Shown in pieces: positions 1 through 12,080 of a stretch of DNA of 61,308 nucleotides. The DNA lies in contig JAYWIR010000085.1 in assembly GCA_036172245.1 (NCBI GenBank), forward strand, positions 248,001-309,308, in the 5' to 3' direction. Position numbers and translations under genes: made by a program. Within the stretch, counting starts at the first letter, position 1. Each line of letters opens with the position of its first letter. The DNA is from Raillietiella orientalis. Lineage: Eukaryota. The notes under the pieces are model-generated. The model was not told the origin of the DNA, searched no databases, and was given only the letters and a program-made list of their open reading frames with translations.

Positions 1-462
1 TTCGTGTCTATGCCAGAATTTTCACCGTGGTGGTGACAGTCCTTGGAATGGGTGCATGGGAGCTCTGCGACATGTGCTCGTTTTTAAAAGATCACAGGCA
101 GAGGGATGTTTGCTCCGGGGTTCGTTTTCACAACTGTGAAGACAGAAACAGATCGGTTTTATTTGGACCAGAACCAGAAACTCTTCTGGTTCGAATCTAG
201 AAACCCCTCGAAAAGAAGATGTTCTAGCTGTAGAATACGAATGAGCTATTCGTATTGGATGGCTATTCTGCTTCGAAATAAGGGGTGAATCCTCAAGCTC
301 AGATCAAAAATTAGGATCACTATTTAGATTTCGGCAGCACTCCAAATGCCATCAGCAGCTCAGTTCATGGGATTGCAAGAGATGTCACTGAGATTCAGTC
401 ATTGTAACACTGAGCACGAAATTGATGTCTCTTAATTGGCCTTTGGCCACCTTTTTGAATGC

Positions 463-484
463 TTTTCCTTAACTGAATTTAAAG
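463..484 (+). promoter_or_regulatory. U12-type (minor spliceosome) branch point and 3' splice site
   Basis: TTTTCCTTAAC at 463-473 is the U12 branch consensus. It is followed by TGAATTTAA and the AG at 483-484, with no polypyrimidine tract. No U12 donor is visible in 1-462. Confidence 0.75.
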
Positions 485-637
485 ATGTTTTTGCCATGGT
501 GAGCTACCTTAAAGATGAAGACGCCTATAAGTTGAACGTATTTAGCAAGGAATCAGTACCTCTCTTTGGTCCAACTTTGCCTTCTCCTCCAATTTTCAAG
601 AAGCTGCACGTCTTTCGTGAATTTCTTCTAGTCAAAC
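485..637 (+). CDS. GARNL3: GARNL3-like exon (Rap-GAP domain C-terminal part); gene is 5'-incomplete in this window
   Basis: Phase-1 entry, then [50 protein letters not shown], with the Rap-GAP motifs VPLFGP and FREFLLVK. Donor C|GTATGT. Confidence 0.93.
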
Positions 638-3600
638 GTATGTAATTTCTCAATCTTTGTATTACTAATCTTTCCGAAGCAAACAGGCAGTATTTTAGCC
701 TCATTCTTTGCTTCGTGAAGGAATGCAGCTAAAATGCTGTCTGCACACATTCTCAAAAAGCGAAAAAAAAAAAAAAAAAAAAAAAGGAAAAAGGCTATGC
801 AGAACATCCCTTTCGATCGGCTTTCACGTGGTGAAAGGGTTCGTTCCATGAGCCGCTGTAGGTAGGCGTGCGCGCATCGCGGTGTTATCCATCACAAGAC
901 GACTGCTGAAACACGTAGGGAATCCTCTCGGCAGTTCGAGGAAGTGATTACAGGCAGGGATTTTCTCGCCGTGTGAATTTTTCCCGCCGAAAGCGCTGCT
1001 CAATCCACAACGAAACTTGGCCGGACAAGGAGCATCTTGAGGATGAGGTGCTCGGAAAACTGCTCCAGCCCTATGGAATTCACAAAGATCGATCTTACTG
1101 TGCGTTCGCAAATTCGTGTCAGTGTCGATGACGTAACACGCCCGTGCAGAGGGTTCCAGCTGTCTGGGAACCGTCGAAACCTGTACAGTTTGCTTTAATG
1201 AACCCGGCCAAGCACGCGGAGCTACGTGTAAATCACAGAACAAACTGGGAAGAAACATTTGACGTCTTGCTGTCCTTCATGTTGGACTGTTTCTATCTTC
1301 TCTCGTCGAGGTCACCATTCCGTGTTCGGGAATCGCCCGTTTCCCGAAAAGTCCTTCTATTCAATACAATTAGAACAAATATTCGAAGCACACAGCAAGC
1401 ATGTGAGCGCTCACTGTACCACTATTCGTTCTTAATAGCCATTAGCGGAGGAACTTATCCGATGTACCTCTCCGTGTTTTTCTTTTGACTTGCCGTGAGT
1501 GCACAAAATCAGCACAGATATCCAGTGCAGACGGGGGAGCATCTTCTTTGCCTTCTTGCACCACGCAGCTTTGCAGTAAATCTCTTTCTGACGTCTGTAG
1601 TAATTTCCTGAATCCACAGATGGGACACTTCCAGCACGTTTTCCCTTCCCCAACTCTTCGTTCCGATGTTTCCATGGAGTGATTTCAGCAATTGCATCCT
1701 TGCAATCTTCATCTTTGTCACAACAGTCAAAATGATGGCCGATATCGCCAATTTTTTTCTCGGTTCTTAACTTGGCTGCAATTCTAAGATGGCTTCGTGC
1801 GCGCTCTTGCGTATTCCCGGCATTTCCAAGTCCAAGTGCTTAAAATGGCTGCTGGCAAAATAGTTCTCAAGCGTCTCGCTGCTTCTTTTTCAACAACTGC
1901 CGGTGAGAACTGTGCTGCCTGGAGAACGCCACTTCCTTATCCTCAACAGCCAAGGAAGTGATCGAGACAAAAAGGATGGCCAATGCCAATGGGTTTTCTT
2001 CGACGATTTCGTCCACTAGCTTTGCACGTGCAAAGTCTTTGGATGTTTGTGGTCCCTATATCCATCCCCTGCTCCAAAGGTTCAGTGTTGGGAGAAAAAT
2101 CAAGTTGGGTGATTTTCAAACATCCCTAATTATCGCCCGCCTTGCAAATATCAAGAAGCAAAAGAAATTCCCTTGATTTCCTCTGCACCTGCATCCCATC
2201 TCACGAGCCATTTCTAAAAAGAAATCTCGAAAGTCATCCACGCGTTCTTGCAAATGTAATGTGCCGAAGCCACGTGCCCCGATGAGATGGCATGGAGTCC
2301 TAAATAAGCTCAGAAAATCCTTGCTGTTGTGACGATTGGGTTTTGTTCTGGAAGGTTTCTCCCAAATTTACGGCTGCCCATCGGTCTATGTTCCCAATAA
2401 TCAGAATCCACTGCGCGTCCCTTACGTGATAACACATCTCTTGCACGAGTATGCCTTCATCCCGATCAGTATTCAAATTTTCCTTCTCTGAGCTTAAGGT
2501 ACGGTTTTACGAACATGCATATTTACATAGGGTAACTAAGGCACAAGAGAAGCAAACAGAAACCTGAAATCAGAGGAATCGCTCTGGTTTAGTTGTTTTC
2601 AAAAGAATACATCTTTTTTTGAAAAGCTCGTGGAAATCCTTCAAGCTCACTGCTGTTAGTAAGGATTAGGTCAACTTACCTTACCCCACGAATTCTCAAA
2701 TACGCTGTGATCACCCTCGAAGCGCGCTCCAGCTTTCTGCATTCTGGAGGACAAAGTTGTCCGTGACTGAGGAATCTGTGGGAAGAACGCTGCTGAGTTC
2801 TTTGGCGAGAGAAGTTTCCCAACTTGCTGCGATCAAACAGGGTCAGGAAGAGAAATCGCAAAAGGAAATCCATGAAGCAAAATCGAAGTGTTCGAGATCA
2901 CCGCGAGGTCCATTTTCAGCATTTCGTAGAAATGTAGGTGAGATGGAGTGGAAAGACATCCGGATTGAATCTCTATCCTTATCCTAAGGGAAATTATGAA
3001 GATTTTTGTAGAGGTGCATGATATTTACTTGAAATTCCGGGGTCATTCATCTACCTGAGCGAATACGAAAACGCTCCTTCGATCCAGCCACCGCTCGTGT
3101 TCCCAGAGTACAAAAGTGGGGCATTCGGTCTCCCGGCTCCAAGGTGGTTAAAGTTCAGGGAGATGAGAACAAAGTTCCAGATACCCAAAGAAGACTGTTT
3201 TCATGAGAACCTGTCTGTATCTATCTATGTAAAGAGAACACGGATTTAGGGAAAACCTGATTGACTTGGCATGAAAAAAGAAAAAGAAGAAAAAGGAACT
3301 CCCTGTGTGTGTTTCACAACACGGTGTTCCTTTGCTTGGGGTCAAATTTCAAGAGTCCGCTTCGTGGTTGGAAAACATGATTCGCAAGCTTTCTCTTGAA
3401 ATACGTTGCCATCATTGCTGATTCGTGCTCCTCTGCATCTGAAACTAAGATATGAGATGAAATATTTATATATATATATATCCATTGAGGAAGAGCACTA
3501 AAATGCGCTGATTGCATGAAAGATTGGAATTCGGAAACTTTGCTCTGGAAAATCTGGTCTCATGAGCTGGAATATCAACCTAATGACAACTGATTCGCTT

Positions 3601-4399
3601 TTCGCGAAGGAATGCACGCACGAAGCAAGCACGGAAACGCAGAAGACGCGTGCGCAGAAAACGGAATGTGTTATATTTCACGTGTACCAACGAAGATTTC
3701 CCTATCGAAACTCCTGGAGTGAATTACCAAGGCTAGCGCTCGGGCGTAGAACTCGAGGGCGCTGGAATTCGCACCTAAAGATAAAAAGCCACTGGACGAG
3801 TGTTTCTCGAAATAACAATCGGACGGACTGCAGATCAAATGGATGCGAGATGCGGAGCAGCCCAGTTCGATCCGCAGAGGAGTCGCTCACTGTTTCCACG
3901 GAAAACTTCTCTGGAACTTTAGCTTCTCTTTGTAGCCTGCTGGTCCCCCCTTGCTCTTCGTCTCGCGTTGTTTGCAAAGTGGAGCCAACATCGCAGGACC
4001 GATATTTTCCCTTTCTTCATCCGAATATCCCGGAAACGACCCTTCTTTGTTCGATGTTCGGTGCAGCAGGATGTAAAATCTCACAAATCGCTCACTGGCA
4101 GGCACGTTTGCTGTGCACCAAGAAGATATCCCGAAATTCTTAGGATTGCCCGTGCTCATTTTCGAATCATGGGGAAACTTCACCCTCGTTTTTACCGCCC
4201 TGCCCCTAAAGTCAATAATACATGCTGATGAGCATCACGGTGTGCTGCGAGCTGGCTCGCAAACTTGGATGGATGACGATACCCGTGTCACCGCCGGCAA
4301 GGAAAACTTCGCTCCGGGGCTTCTCGCGGCATCCGAAGCGTTCTCGGAAATTGCAAAACAAAAGCAATCGAGAATTTTATTCAGATTTGCACACGCGAA

Positions 4400-4810
4400 G
4401 TGTTCTCGAAGCGATTCTTCTCAATTTCCACCACCTGGTTGGTTGTCCTACTGGAAGCTCGTTCACGGTTGACCCAGAGTACGCCCTCAGCACACCTACC
4501 TCTGACTACACTGGATGCTATCCCACACCGTCCTCTTGTGCGTGCTTTCTTCTGCCGAGCTTCTCCCGGGGGTTTCAAGTTCTCCTTGCACCTCGCTGCT
4601 CCCCGAGACCCGGTCTCCGCGAAACCCTACTCGTGCTCTTTTGGAAGCTGGCGAAAAGGAAAAGCAAGTTGGTGTGCACCTGACCACCTTTGTCGGGCTT
4701 CTCCCAGTGCTGCTGCTGCAGAGTTCCCACACGACTGCGCAACATCGACTGCGAAGACTCGACTTGCCTTCCGGAGAACCAGGTGCGAGCAGAGCCTAAG
4801 TGGTTCCACG
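4400..4810 (-). mobile_element. Decayed RLE-type (NeSL/Utopia-like) non-LTR retrotransposon C-terminal fragment
   Basis: HLVLRKASRVFAVDVAQSCGNSAAAALGEARQR resembles the PDLV..VDVxxPFEN...A...AR.RK endonuclease region, and a further RCGIASS segment follows. Frameshifted. Confidence 0.4.
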
Positions 4811-4973
4811 CACTGGTTGGTTTGAGGTTTACCTCATTTGAAAACCAGGATAACTGCCCGCCCAAATGAACCCGCCAGCAAAAGACGCGACTTTTCGGCT
4901 CTCTTCATTGAAATTCCATCTGCTTCACTCCCGCTGAATTAGATGTTCCTGATTTGTTCTTTCATGATTTCAG

Positions 4974-5074
4974 TGATTAACGCTGAGAAGGCAGCCTTCA
5001 ACACACCAACCTTTGCCAAAAAGAGGGAGAGAACGTTGGACATGCTGATAAAAGACATGTACCGAGAACACATG
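4974..5074 (+). CDS. GARNL3: GARNL3-like exon (end of Rap-GAP domain)
   Basis: TTTCAG| ... |GTGAGC. Encodes (L)INAEKAAFNTPTFAKKRERTLDMLIKDMYREHM and completes the Rap-GAP motif KLINAE. Phase 1 in, 0 out. Confidence 0.93.
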
Positions 5075-6499
5075 GTGAGCTGACTTTCTTTTCGATTTTT
5101 TTTCGACGACCTCTCCGGGTGGGGGCAGTCCACAAGCTCGAATGCTTTGGTGATGACCGCCTATCGTCCACTCAACTGCCTTTCTTGTTGCCGATTCCGA
5201 AGAATCAGTTTCTCGCACGTCATCAGTCAAGTTTTGCTCAATTTGAAACGGCCTTCCTGGATAGACAAGAGGCGGAAACGACGGAACCATTTCGCTCAAA
5301 AAGATTGATAGCTGATCCGCTGCGTTGAAACCATCGGCATTTGATAATCTCAGCGTATGTCGGCGGTGCTCCCTATGCAACAGTGACGGATGAGTAGTTT
5401 TAAGAAACGATCTTGAGCAGCCGTCTCGGCGTCCGAAACATAATTTCACGTGGATGAGGAAGTTCTTTACTTCAACGTCCTTGCTTTACTGAAATCTATG
5501 CGTTCACCTTGGGATTCCAAGGATTCCAAACAAAGCTGTGATAGCGTTCTTTGAAGCTCTCCAATAGTGCCGATTTGTTTCCGAACTATCAACGGGCTTC
5601 ATTGGTCCTAGATACCTGCATCTCACTGAGAGTCGTAAGAAGCAATAATGCTATGGCAACAGCATCGCTTGAGAACAGCTATAATGCTTGTCCTGGACGC
5701 AGTTTTCAAAACATGATAATTGAATTATGCAAGCGAAGCCAAGAACAGTTGCTGATGCTGCCCGCTAAGCTGCTCGAGTTTCTCATTCGCTTCTGTGATT
5801 ATCCCAGAGCACCCAGAAATCGAATCTTCGGGGAACACAAGTATCTGCTCGCGCGCACAGAAACCTGTGTGCAGTGTGCATGTGAAACAGGACACGCACT
5901 ACCTGAAGCAAAACAAAAGTGAAGGCAGAATTTAGATGAAAGGGGATGCCAGCTCCATCCTTAACAGCAAGGGCTGAAGCCATCAAGCTTGGCTTGCTAG
6001 CCATTCCGTGCTGTAGCAGCGTATTTGGATCTCATTTCTCCGTTCCCTGGCTGAAACGGCGATCGAACTGCGGCGGACTGCGCGACTTGCTCTTTCTCGC
6101 AAGCATCGAGCGTACGCAAACACGTACGCTCTGGGTGCGTGTGTACGCAGAGCAAAAAGTAGACATGCATTCCCGCCCTCGATGAGTTCCGCCTCATTCG
6201 ACTGCGCACGGAGACGGCCGAACGTGTACTCGGAGCGACCGTGCGAAACTCGTAAAATTGTACTCGTTTTCACCATTCGTTCGCGGGAGCCTCGGATACA
6301 CCCAGCTGCTCAGGTTTGAGCTGCTGCCCGAAGCTGCAAGAAAGCTCTTCAGCGATCACCGACTCAGCCGTTCCTCGAGCCACTTGAACGCGCGCAAAAT
6401 GCAGAGTCAGTCCTTTCCAGCACGGACAGGTATGGATCGTTGGAATTTTTCCTGATCAAGTGTTCGGGAACCGTGGGGGATGAAAATGAGTCGACGAGT

Positions 6500-8720
6500 G
6501 GAGGAAAAGCGCTTCAAGCGAGCGAACTGCGGATTTGCTTCTTCCCGAAATTCTCTATTTGAACCGACTCTCAAATGCCTTCCGCCAGTCTCATCTGGTT
6601 TCGCAGCACCTCACACAGAAATCCTCTGGAGGGAAACTTGGATTGGATGGGGGAAAAAGTTCCTCAAGTTTGCAAGAACTCCGCTTTTCCTACAGTCCAT
6701 TCGGACCCAACAACTTTGCCCCCTCATGTGTACACTCCCTCTTCTTCAGTGCATCTTCAGTGTACTTGGCAAACCCCAGCGCTTGCTGCGATGCTCTTTC
6801 TTCCGCCTCCTACCGCACTTCTTCTGTTCAATGACTTGGAAGAAAACAAACAAGCACCGGGTCCTTTAAATCCCTGGCTGCAGTGGTTTAAAGAAAGCTT
6901 CCATCCTTTTGTTTCTGCTGTCCTTCATTGGAAAACTCTCGTGATTTCTGTCCCCTGCAGCATCTCGTCCAACAATTTTTCGAAATCTTTGGGATGTCTG
7001 GTGATTTTAATTTTTTTCGATTCCGAATCGGAATTTTTCCCCCCTCCCTCTCTCTCTCTCTCTCTTGAGAGCTCTAAGAATGAGGTTCTCTTTGACCACG
7101 TCATCGTTCCAAAAGTTCGAATCCTCGGTCATTCTTGTGCTCCCCTACTTTTCGAAACACAGGAGTCCTACGTCGTTAGAGCCCATGCTCGGGTCGCTTC
7201 GAAAAAGTCCCTTGGCCAATTTGAAGGCCCCATTTTCCCTCACTCAGCTCGCGGTACTCGTGACATTTCGAGATCCGGGGCCATTATCCAGACGGGATGT
7301 TCCGAGAACTACCCTGGAGGTTCTCTTGCATTGCCAGAGAAGCAGTTCTGCCTTCTTCGGAATCGGTCGGCTTGTCTTTCACGGGACAGAAGGGGGCAGA
7401 AGTGAAGGGTTCGTTCCTTCGTCCGGTGCACTTCCCATGGGAGGCATCCTCTTGCTTCCTTTTAGGATGAGTGCTCTTCCGGATGCTCCTCTCCATCCTT
7501 TGTTGTTCAAGACACGGTAAAGCCAACAGCAGCGCCGTGTCGAGCAAGGTTCTAGCAAGGCAAGGATGCGGCGAAGCTGATGATGCATCTGTTTGCACCT
7601 TCGGTACTGAATCCGTCCTGGTGTGCGCTCCAGAAAGCACTCGGCAGGGGGATGACAATCAGTCCCTTCAAAATCGACCCAGCAGCTTTATTCGAGGAAA
7701 ATCGGTCGGGAAAGTTCGCGATCTTTGAAGGAGGAGGATCGAGGTGGCGCGTGTCTTTTGAGTCCGCTTCACATGTTTAAGGGTTCGCTCCTGGGGCGGC
7801 GACCAGAGAGGATTAGGGAAGCTGCAAATGCAGACTTGGCAGCGTTGGGAAGAAGGGAGCAGAATCTGAGTTCGAAAGAAAAGATGCAGCGGACCTCGGC
7901 ACGAAGTCTTGAGCAATGCCGGTGGTTTACAGCCGGTTCCACTCAGAAAGAGGACGGTGGCGACTGTTGCTCTACTTGCACCCCGCAAGCTGACGGCTTC
8001 GTGACGCTCCAGAAGTAGCTCGACACTCCGTCGGAAGACCGGGAAACTCTGCCTAGGGAGACAACTTCCTGTCACGAGTAACGCTCCGAACGAAGGAGCA
8101 GAGAGGTCGAGCATCTTCGCCGGGGTGCTCTTTGGAAGGCAGCGTGCCTTGCGAACATCCTCCGAATCAGATCTTCCTGAAGGCGATCCTTTCAGAAGAC
8201 TCTTTCGCTGGCCTCGTGTGAAGATCGGCCAACTGATCCCAGAACCACTCGATTCCCCGCAGGAGGCCACTTTCCCTTGGTCGCCAAGGGATCCGAGATC
8301 TCTTCGGAGATCGGCGAACCGCACCGCATTCCAGAAAGCGCCGGGACTCTCTTCCCCCGTCTGGTGGAAGTTTGGCTCTCGGAACCACCCTCACAGCTGC
8401 CAAAGGATGCACCACCGAAGCTTTGTGAGCTGGGTCGCCCATCGTGGCCATCGGCGTGGTCTGTACAACTGGACTTCATGCCAGTCGTCGACAACAACCT
8501 GCGCTGATTGTCTTTCCCTCCTCCCTTTTTGATATCAAAACCCTGGGAGGGGAGGGGAGTGGGAACACTTGCGCGTGTACCACGCGGATAAGGGCGAACC
8601 AAGAGCGACGCTGCTGATGATGAAGCCCCTCGAGGTCCTTCACCTCGGGCAAGTGCGTCGCACGGGATGCATCGGGGAGTAGGGTTCCTGCCTTCCTGTG
8701 CCGCCCTTGAACGTGCCAGG
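6500..8720 (-). mobile_element. Decayed LINE 5' part (ORF1-like plus start of AP-endonuclease)
   Basis: Degenerate knuckle-like remnants near 8560-8710 (e.g. RQEP..HPVRRTCP), a low-complexity ORF1-like stretch, and an NCQG-like remnant near 6860-6890. Weak and frameshifted. Confidence 0.3.
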
Positions 8721-9175
8721 GTCGGGAAGACAGCAACAAAGGAACTGCCAGATAATCAAATTGGATGGGACAAAAGAAAGAAAAAAAAAAAGGACGGTTG
8801 AGGAGCTGGAGGAGGAGGAGAGGGGCGAAGACGCACGCATCCTTGGCCTCATTCTCCTCGCGATGCCGTTTGTGCTTGAGATGGCAGGATGGATTCTCTC
8901 GCTTTCTTTCTTTCTTTTTTTTTTTTTGGAAAGTTCTCCTCTTCCTCTGTGCCTTGAAGGATCTTGGATGCATTTCGCGATGCAACGCTGCGGATTTCAA
9001 AGCCAACAGTCCGTGAATGAACGCATCTTGACGCGCTCAGGGGAGGGGGAGGGGGTCTACAGAGGATGGGGTATCAGAGATCGAGAAAGGGTGTTTGTGC
9101 CCCTTCACGCGGAAAGAATCGATTTGAACCCCTGAGCGGCTGCTCGGCAGACTGAAAGCTTCCTGCTCCTTCCAG

Positions 9176-9349
9176 AACCTGCTGAACCGGCGGCCATTCA
9201 TGGACGTGCTGCCCGATCGAACAGCCAAGAGGAAGGAAGTCGCCCGCAAAGTGGAGTTCCTCAGGATCGGACAGGAGTTAAAGCTCGATACCATCGTCAA
9301 AGGGGACGCCCCCACCAGCCTGGTGACCTACGGGTTCTACAGGAGAGCG
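9176..9349 (+). CDS. GARNL3: GARNL3-like exon (linker)
   Basis: TTCCAG| ... |GTAAGA; 174 nt. NLLNRRPFMDVLPDRTAKRKEVARKVEFLRIGQELKLDTIVKGDAPTSLVTYGFYRRA matches the recalled GARNL3 linker (RIGQxLKLxxIVxGDAP). Confidence 0.92.
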
Positions 9350-9449
9350 GTAAGACGAAATTGGTCTCGACTCCTCCGTCGCCCGGGGGGATGCGCGTCG
9401 GCGGAGAAAAGAAGACAAGGTGAGACCCGCTGCAGCAGGAACGGGGAAG

Positions 9450-11000
9450 TTTTCTCCTCTGGGGAAGAGAAGGAGGGGGGGAGGTCAGCCTTCCTTTCCC
9501 GAAACGCACGGCGGCTCACGAATCTCTTCATTCGGATCGAAGCAGCTCTGCCGGAGGAAAAATGGACTCCTATCCGGCGGACTGCTTCCAATGGATCAAG
9601 CACCTGCTTCTTACAGATGGCATCATCCTTCCTGCCTTGGACTCTGGTTGTTCATGTCCCGTTCTTCTACGCCTTAGAACCAATTCGCTCTTCAGGAACA
9701 ATCGGTTCTCTTCACTGCTCCATACGCTCTCGAAAGCGCTTTCCGGGGAGCAAAAGGCAACTCTCCAGGAAAAAGAGACCGCCGTCCCAGGAATGCTTTA
9801 TTTCTTCCTGGAAGACATCCGTACTCTTCCCCTGCCCACCTCGAATACGAGACGATCCCCTTGGTTTCTTGCTTGATACATCCGAGGTTCCTCCTTCGGT
9901 TTCTCTGGGATAAATCCACACAACTGTGGTCTCGGTTTTCTCAGAACGTTTCTTTCGTTTCCTTCACCTTCCTGACGTCCTCTGCCTCGCGTCTTCCACT
10001 CAGCATTTCTTTCAGAGGTGCTCCCGATGTACCATGCAGATCGTTTTCGCGCCTTCAGATTTCGGTTCTGATTTCCCAGTCTCTGCGACAGATTGGCGAG
10101 GTTCCGCTGCTGGTTCCCGTTTTCTCTCCTTGGTCCTTCGGCTTGAAGGTGCTCGGCGACTGGTCTCCGGGAGCATCGAGCTCTTGCCCCGCCATCCTGG
10201 GATTTCGTTTTCCGAACCAACCGTTACATTCCTGGTGGAGGACATCCCTTCCAGTTTTCCCGGAGGGCGGAGCTCCCTCCACTCCTCTCCTCGCACTGTT
10301 GCACCACCGATGGAGAACACCCCTACTTCGGTCTGCCCTCTGTCCCTTTCCGGATCTACGTGATGGGTACTCTGGGTGGACACAGGGGCAATCCGGGCGT
10401 TCGAGATTCTAGGTCGCTCCTCTCTTTCATTGGTACCTTCACCTCATGAGGAAACCCTCGTGCTCTTTCATTTCCGGTATCACTCTCTGAGGACTGCCAG
10501 TAGCTCGCGGTCCTCTCCACAGGCGGTGACCTCGAAAATTCGAGAGACCTCCACCCGGTCCCAATTGGGCGTGGTTTTTCTCCTCTGCCCATGCCGAAGG
10601 CATGAGTGACAACGCACAGAGGGATTTCAGAGATCCACGCGTCCCCCTCCCAGGTCACTGGGGTTCCGTCTAACATCTCGAAAATCTAAAGAGGTTAGGG
10701 CTCTGGTAGAATTCGGATTCGCAAGTTTCCGGGAATCCTGCGAATCTGTAACCACTGCGCATGCGCGGGATAGAGCGCGGTTACGAGGATGGATTCGCCG
10801 CTTACGCTCGGCCTTCCGGAAAAGGTACACCTCGCAACTGGATCGCTCCCAGGGTTCTGGAGGCAGCGGAAACTTCTTCCCGATCTCACTCTGACGAGGA
10901 AGCTGGTAACCTCCCAACGTGAACCCGCGTTTGCTTCTTCAGAAAATCTCGAATCTTTTTTTCATGGAACTTAAAACCATTCTTCGGACCAATGTCGTCG
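9450..11000 (-). mobile_element. Decayed LINE fragment (AP-endonuclease-like, L1/Tx1-type)
   Basis: KSTDVFQEE..SWDGGLFF (LQET-like) and RIGVHFSSGRAASIRMKRF (NVYAP-like) remnants in the expected order. Confidence 0.35.
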
Positions 11001-11667
11001 CTTCTGGACCGCTCCTGATTTGGCCTGCATGATGAAGTCCTTGCTCTTTGGCTGAGTTTTCTCCCTTCCAAAAAAACGATTGCCGCCGAATTCACGGATG
11101 CTCTCGAATCAGACGGAACCCCTCTTCGTATTCTTCACGCTGTTCCCAGGATTTCCATCTTAGAGCACCCCCGTGCAGAAATCCTGATGCATGTCGCAGG
11201 AAAAAAGGATCTTCTTGCCCGATTGCTCAGACCATTCTCACAAACGGAAGGCCAACCTGCCGCGAACGGGCCTCGATTTGAACTTCACTCGCATTGGTTT
11301 GCAGTTCCTTCCGTGAGTCTAGGGAAGCCATGGGCAACTTTTCTATTGCGGCGTGGAGAAGGTCCTTCGCCCATCTCCGAGCAAGATGGACCTTCGTTCC
11401 TTTCGTCAGTTGCTAACTGATTTGCAGAGAAACTTACCGGAACGAATCGATTTGTTCCATTTCGAAACTCTTTTTCCTGCAAGTATTTTTTCCTATTCTT
11501 ACTGGTCCGGAATCGAAAGCAGAAACGAGGATACCTGCAGCAGCCTTATCCCTAGATCGCAACAAGAAAAAGCGTGCCGACAGCTGCGAGCAAATCCATA
11601 GGTGGTTCTTAAAATCCATTCAGCGATCAATGGGTGTCGTGATTTCTTTAGGAATAGAGGAGATTGC

Positions 11668-12080
11668 TTTATAACGCAGGGGGTGCGTTCCGCGTTATAC
11701 GAAACCTATAAGGTATAAGTAGGCAGACGTGGCAATATTCATGAAATGTATCCTAAGAATTATTGCAACAGGATATGTATTATTTCACTTTCAAACAAAA
11801 GAAATTCAAGGTTGTACGATTTAATTTAGAAAAAAAAAAGAGAGAGAGAGAGAGAAGCTTTTGGAGTACTGTCGATATTTGATCAATCTAAGGACTTCTA
11901 TAGTATGCCCAGCCCTATTGTTTTGGCTGCTCGGCAGCTCAAATTCCGGGTTTGTGCCCCTTCTAAAAGCAGCTGAGCTGACACCGTGCCACGCAACGAA
12001 CAATTCATCCACACGCGGCTGATTCAACGCGTTATACGACGACTGTGGCCATTTGTGCGCCGCGTTATACGAACCCTCGT
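11668..12080. mobile_element. Possible pogo/Tigger-type MITE remnant
   Basis: TATAACGCAGGGGGTGCGTTCC at the left end, and the complementary motif CGCGTTATACG at 11691, 12028 and 12061. This multi-copy subterminal motif layout is typical of Tigger-like elements. No clean TSD seen. Confidence 0.4.

Noticed and set aside
763..11856. Simple repeats: poly(A) 763-785, (TA)n ~3467-3481, (TC)n ~7046-7064, (GA)n ~11838-11856
   Set aside because: Ordinary microsatellites with no further structure.
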